A DNA stretch of 56,491 nucleotides from Eubacteriales bacterium (GTDB lineage Bacteria > Bacillota > Clostridia > Oscillospirales > CAG-272), in NCBI GenBank assembly GCA_045588715.1, contig JAZNEQ010000151.1, forward strand, positions 1-56,491, read 5' to 3'. This document shows, piece by piece, positions 16,755-25,604 of this stretch. A program made the translations under genes and the position numbers. The stretch's first letter is position 1. Every line of letters begins with the position of its first letter. Under the pieces are notes generated by a model, which did not search any database, had not been told where the DNA came from, and saw nothing but the letters and a program-made list of their open reading frames with translations.

Positions 16755-17540
16755 TCAGCTTTCTTTTTCGGGAACGATGGGGTAAAGCTGGATCATATTT
16801 CCTCCATCTACGGTCAATTCTGCACCCGTGCTGTTGCGCGCATGTGCGGTCAGATAATATGCTGCCTCGGCAATGTCGACACCGTTGGCAACGTCTCCGA
16901 TGGGGGTGTAGCGCGAGGGGACCGTGTTGTAGAAATCGGGGTTCTTTTCCCAACGGTCAGTGCGGATCATTCCGGGAAGCACCGCGTTGACACGGATGCC
17001 GTATTTGCCAAGATCCAGTGCCATTGCGCGCATCATGCCGAGTTGACCGCCTTTAGATGCGGAGTATGCAATGCGGTTGGGGATAGCGCGATAGGCGGTG
17101 TTGGAGTTGATAAATACAATGCTTCCTCCTCCATGCTCCTTCATGCGGGAGGCGGCGTGTTCGCAAAGGCACCAGTTCCAAACAACGTTGGTGTTGATCA
17201 CACGCATAAAATCGGTCAGCGGATTTTCAAACGCCGCCATGCCGATCCCCTGATCTGCGGCGTTGAGGACGAGCGCCTCGGCAAAAATGCCACGCTCGTC
17301 AAGGGTAGAGAAAAGAGCATCTACGCTTGCCTCGTCGACCGTGCGTTCGTCAAGAAGTGAATCAATGGTGTAACCGAAAAACTCCACGTGTGGAAACTTC
17401 TTTTTATATGCTTCCTCTGCGTTGGTAACAGCTTCCCGCCGCCTTCCCGTGAAAACGACGTTCCAGCCCTCGCTTGCAAATTTTTCAACGATATCAACGC
17501 CCGTATTGATGCAGGCGCCCGTGATAAGTACGGTTTTCAT
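16755..17540 (-). CDS. Short-chain dehydrogenase/reductase (SDR)
   Basis: MKTVLITGACINTG dinucleotide motif and YSASK catalytic motif. Confidence 0.8.
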   Translation of the reverse strand: MKTVLITGACINTGVDIVEKFASEGWNVVFTGRRREAVTNAEEAYKKKFPHVEFFGYTIDSLLDERTVDEASVDALFSTLDERGIFAEALVLNAADQGIGMAAFENPLTDFMRVINTNVVWNWCLCEHAASRMKEHGGGSIVFINSNTAYRAIPNRIAYSASKGGQLGMMRAMALDLGKYGIRVNAVLPGMIRTDRWEKNPDFYNTVPSRYTPIGDVANGVDIAEAAYYLTAHARNSTGAELTVDGGNMIQLYPIVPEKES

Positions 17541-17553
17541 GGATGTATGCTCC

Positions 17554-18714
17554 TTAAAAATAAAATGCGGTCTTTGCAGGGCGGATATCCGTTAAAGCCC
17601 CTGTGTAATGGCGAAGATTATGCTCGACGTAAGGGTGCTTTAAGCACTCTTCCTCATTCAGATCGATTCCAAGCCCGGGGCGGTCGCCGATCTTGATACG
17701 CCCGTTTTCGTAAACGAGTTCCTCGTTTGTAATCAGATTGCGATATTCCACGTCGCTGTACATAATTTCAAGAATACAGAAGTTGGGACAGCATGCCGCG
17801 ATCTGAAGCGTTGCGGCATTGGCAATGGGACCCGAAGGATTGTGGGGGGCAAAGGGAATATAGTTTGCCTCCGCGATCGCGGCGATCTTCTTCAGCTCCA
17901 TAATGCCTCCCGCATGTGAAATATCGGGTTGGATATAGTCGGCAGCGCGACGGCGGAAGAGCTCGTTATAATCAAAACGAGTGTAAAGACGCTCACCTGC
18001 GGAGATGGCAACGGGCGATTTTTCGCGTACTGCAGCAAGAGCTTCAATGTTGTTTGGGGGGACGGGCTCCTCAAGGAACATCGGCTTGAAGGGGGCGACC
18101 TCCTGCGCGATCTTAATGCCTGTTGGAACGTCAAATCTGCCGTGTGCTTCGATCAAAAGATCTACGCTGTCGCCAACCGCGTCTCTTACGGCGGCAATAC
18201 AGCGGAGGGCTTTGTCAAGATCCTGATTCGAGATTTGAAGATAGCTTTTTCCAAATGGGTCCCATTTCATGGCTGTGACACCGCGTTCTACGGCAATACG
18301 CGCCTTTTCACCGAATTCCTCGGGCTCGCGTGCTCCCGAGAACCAACCGTTGACGTAAATGCGGCAGTCCTCGTTGACCTTGCCGCCAAGAAGCTGATAA
18401 ACGGGAACACCGAGGTGTTTGCCGAGAATGTCCCACAACGCCATTTCCACGGCGGAGAGCGCACTCATCAAAACCGCACCGCCGCGCCAATAAGCATCTC
18501 TGTAAATGTCGTGGTAGTGCTTTTCGATGAGCAGGGGATCCTTGCCCACAAGAGTGTCACGCAAATGCTCAACGGCACCGACCAAAGCCTTTTCCTTGTA
18601 TTCCAGCGTGCCTTCTCCAACACCTGTGATCCCCTCGTCTGTATAGACCTTTACAAAGACCCAATTGGTGCGAAAACAATCGACTACAAACGTTTTAATA
18701 TCCGTAATTTTCAT
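17554..18714 (-). CDS. Enolase-superfamily sugar-acid dehydratase (D-galactonate/D-mannonate dehydratase family)
   Basis: I take the start at 18714 (MKITDIKTFVV, GGAGA plus 5 nt). The N-terminus resembles DgoD. MR/MLE-type acidic residues occur in the contexts IEAHG, LEEP and AGE. Confidence 0.75.
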   Translation of the reverse strand: MKITDIKTFVVDCFRTNWVFVKVYTDEGITGVGEGTLEYKEKALVGAVEHLRDTLVGKDPLLIEKHYHDIYRDAYWRGGAVLMSALSAVEMALWDILGKHLGVPVYQLLGGKVNEDCRIYVNGWFSGAREPEEFGEKARIAVERGVTAMKWDPFGKSYLQISNQDLDKALRCIAAVRDAVGDSVDLLIEAHGRFDVPTGIKIAQEVAPFKPMFLEEPVPPNNIEALAAVREKSPVAISAGERLYTRFDYNELFRRRAADYIQPDISHAGGIMELKKIAAIAEANYIPFAPHNPSGPIANAATLQIAACCPNFCILEIMYSDVEYRNLITNEELVYENGRIKIGDRPGLGIDLNEEECLKHPYVEHNLRHYTGALTDIRPAKTAFYF

Positions 18715-18878
18715 GGCAGTCTCCTTTGATGTAAAATCTGACTCCATTATAGTTTGTTTTTTTCGGGGTGTCTATCGGGATATTACTATGTTTTTTCAAA
18801 ATCTTACGATATTCGCCTTGTTTTTTATGCTTGTATATGGTACAATTGTGATAATGAAGCAAAGCATGGAGGGATTCT

Positions 18879-19694
18879 ATGGAAATATGCGAGCTTTTGG
18901 AGTACGGTATATTTGATACGAAGACTGCATTTCCGGGACGGCGCCGAACGCTTGCTCGCGAGGTGACGGAATACGAAATTGAATATTACACCGAGGTAAC
19001 GGGGCACACCGCCGTAAATGGCAAGGTGTACGACATTGGCCCGGGGACATTGATTTGCGCGCGCCCCGGTGAGGTGCGCGGGAGCGTGTTTGATTTTCGT
19101 TGCTTTTTCATCCACGCCAAATTTTCAGAGGATTCCCCTTATAGGGCGCTCCTTGATTCTGTCCCCAGCTTTTACCGCATTATCGATCGCGAGGTCTATG
19201 GGCGTATTTTTGAGGATCTGATCCGCCATCTTCTTTCCGAGGGATATTCCTCTTCTTCCGATTACGTCAATGCAAAGCTTCTTGAATTGTTTTATTATTT
19301 GAAAAAGGACGCACAAAGGAACCGCAATTATCTGGTGCATAACGCGCGACGTATCCAAACCGATGCGGCGATCCCACAGGCGTTGGAATTCATTCGTACC
19401 AATTATCAAAAGGATATATCTCTTTCTGATATTGCTTACGTTACGGGATATTCTCCCAATTATTTTCATCACCTTTTTACCTCGGTCATGGGAAAAACGC
19501 CCCAACGGTATCTTTTGGACGTGCGACTGCGGCATGCAAAATACCTTTTGGCGCAGCCGGAAAAAACGCTTTCCGAGATCGCCTATGAATGCGGCTTTTC
19601 CTCGCAGGCGTATTTTACCGAGCAATTCAAAAAAATGACCTTTACCACACCCGGTCAATACCGAAAAAGATGTGCCGAAAGGTATTATACGTAA
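18879..19694 (+). CDS. AraC family transcriptional regulator
   Basis: GGAGG plus 6 nt before the ATG. The C-terminal HTH reads LSDIAYVTGYSPNYFHHLFTSVMGKTPQRY ... LSEIAYECGFSSQAYFTEQFKK. Confidence 0.8.
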   Translation: MEICELLEYGIFDTKTAFPGRRRTLAREVTEYEIEYYTEVTGHTAVNGKVYDIGPGTLICARPGEVRGSVFDFRCFFIHAKFSEDSPYRALLDSVPSFYRIIDREVYGRIFEDLIRHLLSEGYSSSSDYVNAKLLELFYYLKKDAQRNRNYLVHNARRIQTDAAIPQALEFIRTNYQKDISLSDIAYVTGYSPNYFHHLFTSVMGKTPQRYLLDVRLRHAKYLLAQPEKTLSEIAYECGFSSQAYFTEQFKKMTFTTPGQYRKRCAERYYT

Positions 19695-19738
19695 ACTAAA
19701 AATAATGAAGCCTTTTTAAAAAAACTTTGCTCTTTTCA

Positions 19739-19767
19739 TTGACATGGAAAGATGAAAAATGTATAAT
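19739..19767 (+). promoter_or_regulatory. Consensus sigma-A promoter for the carrier-protein/MBOAT operon
   Basis: TTGACA (19739-19744), a 17-nt spacer, then TATAAT (19762-19767). Confidence 0.65.
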
Positions 19768-19800
19768 ATAATTTAGAGCTTGAAAGGAAAGGAAGATATT

Positions 19801-20028
19801 ATGGAACAGCTTCTTGAAATTTTAAACCAATTGCATCCCGACGTGGATTTTACGACCGTTGACGACCTTTATGAGGAAGGCGTTCTCGATTCTTTGGATA
19901 TGGTGCGTCTTGTCACCGAGATCTCACAGAGCTTTGACGTTGACGTGCCGCCCGAGGAGCTCATCCCCGACAACTTTCAAAACGTCAACACCATTATGGC
20001 TTTGATCACGCGCTTGGACGAGGAATAA
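19801..20028 (+). CDS. Small acyl/D-alanyl carrier protein (DltC-like)
   Basis: 75 aa from the ATG at 19801 (RBS GGAAAGGAAG). The phosphopantetheine-attachment context is EGVLDSLDMVRLV. Confidence 0.75.
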   Translation: MEQLLEILNQLHPDVDFTTVDDLYEEGVLDSLDMVRLVTEISQSFDVDVPPEELIPDNFQNVNTIMALITRLDEE

Positions 20029-20037
20029 TTCGCTGTC

Positions 20038-21627
20038 ATGCTGTTTACGTCTGCTTCGTTTGTTCTTTTTGCGTGCATCACGCTTCTTTTATATTTTCTG
20101 GTGCCCAAAAAGCTGCAATGGTGGGTTCTTTTGGGGGCAAGCCTTGCATTTTATGCCCTTTGCGGCGTGGAATATATCTTTTTTATTCTCTATACCGCAA
20201 CGGTTACCTACGTAGCCGCGCTGCTTTTGCAAAAGCGAGCGGACGGCGAGGACGCCTATATAGAGGCACACCGTGCGGACATGGATAAAACAGAGCGGAA
20301 GGCATATCGCGCAAGAGAAAAGAAAAAAAGATTCCGTATTTTGTTGGCGGGGCTTTTTTTGGGACTTGGTATGCTTGCCGTTTTGAAATATACCGCTTTT
20401 GTTTTAAACGGTGTATCCTCGGTGGTGACCGCCTTTGGGGGAGAGGGAATCGCGATCCCTTCCTTGATCTTGCCGTTGGGGATTTCCTTTTACACCTTTC
20501 AATCGATGGGATACCTCATCGACGTTTACCGAAAAAAGGCAACTGCCGAGCGAAATTACGGAAAGCTTTTGCTTTTCGTATCCTTCTTTCCGCAATTGCT
20601 CCAAGGACCGATCAGCCGCTTTGATTCCTTGCACGATCAATTGATCACACCGCATCGCTTCCACGCATTTTCCTTCCGTGCGGGGCTTTTGCGGGTCATG
20701 TGGGGATATTTTAAAAAGCTTTTGATGGCAGATACCGCAATGATCGGCATCAAGCTTCTCATTGCCGATCCGGAGAAATACGGTGGAATTTACGTGTTTC
20801 TTCTCATTCTCTTGTATTCCGCGCAGATTTACGGCGATTTTACGGGTGGGATCGACATTACGATAGGCCTTTGCGAAATGATGGGGATTCGACTGGTTGA
20901 AAACTTCAACCATCCCTTTTCCTCAAAATCTACCAAGGAATACTGGAACCGCTGGCACATTACCATGGGCGCATGGTTTACCGATTACGTGTTTTACCCC
21001 TTGTCGGTCTGCCGTCCGATGCAACGCTTTTCTTTGTTTTCTACCAAAAAATTCGGCAAGGCATTAGGGCTTCGCTTACCCGTTTACGTTGCAACGGTTG
21101 TCACTTGGTTTTTAACGGGGCTTTGGCATGGCGCGGGCTGGAATTTTATCGTATGGGGGCTTCTTAACTGCCTTGTGATCTTGGTTTCACGTGAGTTGGA
21201 GCCGCTTTACCGTGCTTTTCACAAAAAATTCCCACGCCTTGCTTCTTCCTCTGTGTGGGGGGGCTGGTGTGCAGTTCGTACCTTCCTGCTCATGGGACTT
21301 ATTCGCTCTCTTGACTGTTACCGTGACGTTTCTACCACCTTTTCACAGTGGGGGAGCATGATCACCCGCTTCAATATCGGGGAGCTGTTTGCCGGGGGGA
21401 TTACTTCCTTTGGTCTTACGTATTTCGATTTTGGTGTGATCCTTCTCTCTGTACTCACGGTGTTTCTTGTCAGCCGCGCGGGAAAAGAGGAGCCGGTGCG
21501 TCACCGTGTGGCATCGCGCCCGATTTTGTGGTGCTTCCTTGTCTGCTTGCTCTTCGTAGTTGTTTTGGTGTTCGGGGCATACGGCATTGGATATGACGCA
21601 TCGCAATTTATCTATTCGCAATTCTGA
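20038..21627 (+). CDS. MBOAT family membrane O-acyltransferase (DltB/AlgI-like)
   Basis: 529-aa polytopic protein. The conserved His context is FLTGLWHGAGWNF. The region LPLGISFYTFQSMGYLIDVYR is typical of AlgI/DltB. Confidence 0.85.
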   Translation: MLFTSASFVLFACITLLLYFLVPKKLQWWVLLGASLAFYALCGVEYIFFILYTATVTYVAALLLQKRADGEDAYIEAHRADMDKTERKAYRAREKKKRFRILLAGLFLGLGMLAVLKYTAFVLNGVSSVVTAFGGEGIAIPSLILPLGISFYTFQSMGYLIDVYRKKATAERNYGKLLLFVSFFPQLLQGPISRFDSLHDQLITPHRFHAFSFRAGLLRVMWGYFKKLLMADTAMIGIKLLIADPEKYGGIYVFLLILLYSAQIYGDFTGGIDITIGLCEMMGIRLVENFNHPFSSKSTKEYWNRWHITMGAWFTDYVFYPLSVCRPMQRFSLFSTKKFGKALGLRLPVYVATVVTWFLTGLWHGAGWNFIVWGLLNCLVILVSRELEPLYRAFHKKFPRLASSSVWGGWCAVRTFLLMGLIRSLDCYRDVSTTFSQWGSMITRFNIGELFAGGITSFGLTYFDFGVILLSVLTVFLVSRAGKEEPVRHRVASRPILWCFLVCLLFVVVLVFGAYGIGYDASQFIYSQF

Positions 21628-21651
21628 TGAAAAAGAAATAAAGGATCTTTC

Positions 21652-22677
21652 ATGAAGAAAACAATCATTCTCAGCATTTGTATCCTGCTTTTAACGGTTC
21701 TTTTTTTAGGGCTTTTACAAGCGGTACTAATGCCGAAATATATGACCGATTTTCGCGAAGGGGCGTTGATCGGGGAATATTATGCCGCCTCCGGAGGGAA
21801 CGACGTTCTTTTTGTCGGTGACTGTGAGGTTTACGAATCCTTTACGCCGCCAACACTTTGGAAGGAATACGGTATTACCTCTTACGTGCGCGGAAGCGCG
21901 CAGCAGCTGATCTGGCAGTCCTATTATCTTTTGGAGGAGATGTTGGAGAGGGAAACGCCGCGCGCGGTCGTATATAACGTATACGCAATGAAATATGGCA
22001 CGCCGCAGGATGAGGCGGCAAATCGTAAAACGCTGGACGGAATGCGGTGGTCTGCTTCCAAGTTGGCGGCGATCAACGCCTCTATGACCGAGGATGAGAG
22101 CTTTTTGTCCTACGTTTTTCCCATTCTGCGTTTTCACAGTCGGTGGAATCAGCTCGGGGGCGAGGATTTTACCTATCTTTTTTCCAAAGAAACGGTTTCT
22201 CACAATGGGTATATGATGCAAACTGCGATCGCCCCCAAGCCGGATGCGCCCATCATGGCGCCGGCCCTGGGCGATTACGAGCTGCCCGAGGTCTCTTTTG
22301 GGTATCTTGAAAAAATGCGACTTTTGTGTGAAGAGAAGGGAGTAAAGTTGATTCTTATCAAGGCTCCCACCAATACCCGCGGCTACTATTGGTACGACGA
22401 GTGGGATGCGCAGATCGCGGAATACGCGACGGAAAAGGGGCTGGATTACTATAATTTTATACCCCTTTGCGAGGAGATCGGCATTGATTGGGAAACGGAC
22501 ACCTATGATAAGGGGTATCACCTCAACGTTTACGGTGCCGAAAAACTGACCTCATATTTCGGCAAGATCCTATCCGAAAAATACGGATTTTCCGACCGTC
22601 GTAATGAGGCGGAAACGAGCGTCGTATGGAATGAAAAACTTATGAGATATGAAAAAGAAAGGAACGGTGGATCATGA
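21652..22677 (+). CDS. Membrane-anchored SGNH-like (DltD/AlgJ-like) protein with GDC in place of GDS
   Basis: It has an N-terminal TM segment. The block-I-like strand reads VLFVGDCEVYE and the block-V-like motif reads DKGYHLN. It lies directly downstream of the MBOAT gene. Confidence 0.6.
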   Translation: MKKTIILSICILLLTVLFLGLLQAVLMPKYMTDFREGALIGEYYAASGGNDVLFVGDCEVYESFTPPTLWKEYGITSYVRGSAQQLIWQSYYLLEEMLERETPRAVVYNVYAMKYGTPQDEAANRKTLDGMRWSASKLAAINASMTEDESFLSYVFPILRFHSRWNQLGGEDFTYLFSKETVSHNGYMMQTAIAPKPDAPIMAPALGDYELPEVSFGYLEKMRLLCEEKGVKLILIKAPTNTRGYYWYDEWDAQIAEYATEKGLDYYNFIPLCEEIGIDWETDTYDKGYHLNVYGAEKLTSYFGKILSEKYGFSDRRNEAETSVVWNEKLMRYEKERNGGS

Positions 22678-23168
22678 AAAAATTAATAGCCTGCTTGCTG
22701 TGTGCAATAGCACTTTTGGGATGTGTTGCTTGCAGTGGAGGGGACGAACCAAAGGGGAAGGCGTACGTGTTTCAATACAACGGTGCCGAGATCAAAATCG
22801 ACGAAGATCTTGACTTGGTGTTGGAAGCGATCGGAAAATACGATCGCCACGAATCCTCGCCCTCATGCAACCACGACGGAGATGCACATTTTTACTATTA
22901 CGGAACCAAGATCGAGCTGGAATCCTATCCCAAGGGCGGAAAGGATCTTCTTTACAAGATCACGCTGTTTGACGATACTGTAAAAACAGCCGAGGGAATT
23001 CGCATCGGTGACTCGAGGGATGAGGTGATCAAGGCGTATGGGGACGGTGCGCAAGAAAAGGGAAGCGCACTTCTTTACCGTGCGGGAGATATGTATTTGC
23101 AATTCAATTTCAACAAAGAAGGTCTTGTTTCTCAAATTCAGTACCTGCATCCCGATGCGATCGGCTGA
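22674..23168 (+). CDS. Lipoprotein of unknown function
   Basis: ATGA overlap with the upstream gene. The signal peptide has lipobox LLGC (MKKLIACLLCAIALLGCVAC). Confidence 0.65.
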   Translation: MKKLIACLLCAIALLGCVACSGGDEPKGKAYVFQYNGAEIKIDEDLDLVLEAIGKYDRHESSPSCNHDGDAHFYYYGTKIELESYPKGGKDLLYKITLFDDTVKTAEGIRIGDSRDEVIKAYGDGAQEKGSALLYRAGDMYLQFNFNKEGLVSQIQYLHPDAIG

Positions 23169-23181
23169 TCGCTTATAAAAA

Positions 23182-23220
23182 CAAAATCTGCCTTGTCGTG
23201 CCGACAGGGCAGATTTTTGT
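23182..23220. terminator. Bidirectional hairpin terminator
   Basis: ATCTGCCTTGTCG (23186-23198) pairs with CGACAGGGCAGAT (23202-23214), flanked by A-rich and T-rich runs. Confidence 0.7.
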
Positions 23221-24069
23221 TTAAGAATCGTTGGGAACGTGCGGCCCGGGATTTGTTTCTTTTTCGGATTTTAGGTATTCTCGCGGTGTTTTTCCATAGC
23301 ATTTTTTAAAATTGCGGATCAAATTACAGGGGTCTCCAAATCCGCATCGCTCTGCTGCTTCCTGCTCGGTGACCCCGGTGCGAAGAATATGAAGTGCATT
23401 TTTTGCACGGCAACGGATCACGTATTCGTTTAGCGTGCTTCCCGTGTATGCCTTAAAGGCGGTCATCAGGGTAGTGCGCCCAATACCCAGGTGCCATGCA
23501 AGCTTTTCGGCAACGATCTTTTCGGAATAATGATCGCTGATGTAGGTCAAGGCACCGGTTACGTACAACGGAATTTCCGTAGAGGTATCGTTCTCGCCGC
23601 CCATCTCTGAAATACGCGAGAGAAGGCAGAGGATCATCAAACGGCGCCGAAAGGAACTTTCCTCGGCGTCAATCTGCTTGATGTGGGAAAAAAGAAGCTC
23701 CTTTTGTTCGGGTGATAGGATGATCACTCGCCCGCGTTCTCCAAATACGGATAAAATGCGAGAGACCTCCGGTATGTAATCCTCTACAAAGCTATGCGAA
23801 AACAAAAGATTAAGTCTGCTGTAGAATATATCGGGATCGCAGGAAATAAAATGCGGCGTTTTTGGAGCGGTAAGGACCAGACGTGCTTCCTGACCTTCTT
23901 GAATATGATCCGGAAGCAGGACCTTTACGTTGCCAGTAAGGATCAGACTGACCTCGTAATAATCATGCATATGGAAGTTGACCATGGTATTGCGATAGCC
24001 CTCGTAGTAATCTACGGTGCATTCGTTCCAATGGGTACGGTAATAAAGGTTTTCGAGATTTGTCGACAT
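23221..24069 (-). CDS. AraC family transcriptional regulator (divergent from the uxa operon)
   Basis: I take the start at 24069 (MSTNLENLYY, GGAG plus 5 nt). The C-terminal HTH reads AERCGFGDPCNLIRNFKKCYGKTPREY. Confidence 0.8.
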   Translation of the reverse strand: MSTNLENLYYRTHWNECTVDYYEGYRNTMVNFHMHDYYEVSLILTGNVKVLLPDHIQEGQEARLVLTAPKTPHFISCDPDIFYSRLNLLFSHSFVEDYIPEVSRILSVFGERGRVIILSPEQKELLFSHIKQIDAEESSFRRRLMILCLLSRISEMGGENDTSTEIPLYVTGALTYISDHYSEKIVAEKLAWHLGIGRTTLMTAFKAYTGSTLNEYVIRCRAKNALHILRTGVTEQEAAERCGFGDPCNLIRNFKKCYGKTPREYLKSEKETNPGPHVPNDS

Positions 24070-24164
24070 GATGGCTCCTTTGGATTGTGTCTTTTCATAT
24101 TTTAGCATAACATTGAATGATTTTCAATAGCAAAAGTTTGTCTTTTTTAAAAATATAGAAAAAA

Positions 24165-24193
24165 ATGAACGATATGCAAAATACATGAACGAT
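24165..24193 (+). promoter_or_regulatory. Direct repeat ATGAACGAT x2 (20-bp period), candidate AraC-type operator
   Basis: Identical 9-mers lie at 24165-24173 and 24185-24193, just upstream of the -35 of the uxaB promoter. Confidence 0.35.
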
Positions 24194-24199
24194 TTTATA

Positions 24200-24228
24200 T
24201 TGTTTTAGAGCTGAGAATGCATTATAAT
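24200..24228 (+). promoter_or_regulatory. Promoter of the hexuronate operon
   Basis: TTGTTT (24200-24205), a 17-nt spacer, then TATAAT (24223-24228). The weak -35 fits activator dependence. Confidence 0.45.
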
Positions 24229-24308
24229 AGAATCAAGTAAAAACAGTTGCTTTTTTTAAAGCAGACCTGAAAAACTTCAAAATAGACTGAATGAAAGAGG
24301 TGCTTGGT

Positions 24309-25604
24309 ATGAATCCGAAGGGGAGACGACCTATTCGTGTGATCCAGTTTGGAGAAGGCGGTTTTTTACGCGGTTTTGTTGATTGGATGCTTCAAAAAAT
24401 GAATGACGAGGGGCTGTTTGACGGTGGTGTTGCCGTAGTTCAGCCCATCCGGGAAGGGCTTTGTGACGTGCTTGAGGCACAGGGGAACGTATATACACAC
24501 GTGATCCGAGGGGCCGAGGGGGTTGAGATGACAAGGGTAGACGTCATCGAGACTTGTGTCAAGCCCTACGACGATTTTGAGAGCTTTTTAAAGCTTGCGG
24601 AGAACGAGGATGCGAGATTTATCGTTTCCAATACGACCGAGTCGGGGATCGAGTTTCGTCCCGATGATCGTGCCACCGATGCGCCTCCCGCGGCGTTTCC
24701 GGCTAAGTTGACGCTTCTTCTCAAGAGAAGATTTGACTTAGGGCTTAACGGGTTTATCCTCCTCCCCTGTGAATTGATCGATCGCAACGGTGACAACCTC
24801 AAAAAGGCGGTGCTCCAATATGCGGAGTTGTGGGACTTTGACAGTCAATTCGTCCGCTGGATCGAGGAGAAAAACGTATTTTGCAATACCCTGGTCGACC
24901 GTATCAATACGGGATATCCCAAGGAAGAGCATATTGAGGTCGGCTTTGAGGATCGGATGATCAACACCTCCGAATATTTCCACCTTTGGGTCATTGAGAC
25001 CGATGCCGATATCGAAAGGGAGCTTCCTTTTTCCAAGGCGGGGCTTAACGTCATTGTTACACGCGATGCTCTTGAGCGGTACCGCACGCGAAAGGTGCGG
25101 ATTCTGAACGGTGCCCATACGTCCATGGTTCCTTACGCACTTCTTTTGGGATTTGATACCGTAAAATCCTGTATGGATGATGACAAAATGAGCGCGTTTA
25201 TCAGAGGATGTCTTTTTGAAGAGATCATTCCGACCCTGGATCTTGGAAGAGAAGAGCTGGAAAAGTATGCGGAGGACGTTTTGGTTCGTTTTTCCAATCC
25301 TTACATCAAGCACTATCTCTCGGCGATCTCTCTTAATTCCGTAAGTAAGTTCCGCGTGCGTGTTCTGCCTTCGATCCTGGAGTATCGAAAGCGTTTTGGC
25401 TCATCCCCCGAAAGATTGATGTTTTCTTTTGGAAAGTTGATCGATTTTTATAAAAACGGAACTCCCAAGGATGATCCCGCTGTTATCGACCGAATGAAAA
25501 ATTCCACAGTAAGAGAGATCCTTTCCGATACGTCTTTCTGGGGCGAGGATCTTTCCTATCTCTCAAAGGAGGTTGAAAAATATGCGGATCCATCCGTCAG
25601 ATAA
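24309..25604 (+). CDS. uxaB: Tagaturonate reductase (altronate oxidoreductase)
   Basis: I prefer the ATG at 24309 (AAAGAGG plus 7 nt). It is collinear with E. coli UxaB as I remember it (VIQFGEGGFLRGFVDW, FIVSNTTESGI, LPCELIDRNGD, ILNGAHTSMVP, RFSNPYIKH). Confidence 0.88.
   Translation: MNPKGRRPIRVIQFGEGGFLRGFVDWMLQKMNDEGLFDGGVAVVQPIREGLCDVLEAQGNVYTHVIRGAEGVEMTRVDVIETCVKPYDDFESFLKLAENEDARFIVSNTTESGIEFRPDDRATDAPPAAFPAKLTLLLKRRFDLGLNGFILLPCELIDRNGDNLKKAVLQYAELWDFDSQFVRWIEEKNVFCNTLVDRINTGYPKEEHIEVGFEDRMINTSEYFHLWVIETDADIERELPFSKAGLNVIVTRDALERYRTRKVRILNGAHTSMVPYALLLGFDTVKSCMDDDKMSAFIRGCLFEEIIPTLDLGREELEKYAEDVLVRFSNPYIKHYLSAISLNSVSKFRVRVLPSILEYRKRFGSSPERLMFSFGKLIDFYKNGTPKDDPAVIDRMKNSTVREILSDTSFWGEDLSYLSKEVEKYADPSVR

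Noticed and set aside
16596-18729. Plus-strand ORFs 16596-17360 (254 aa) and 17929-18729 (266 aa) lie opposite the SDR and dehydratase genes.
   Set aside because: They are antisense shadow ORFs. The minus-strand genes carry clear family motifs and RBSs.
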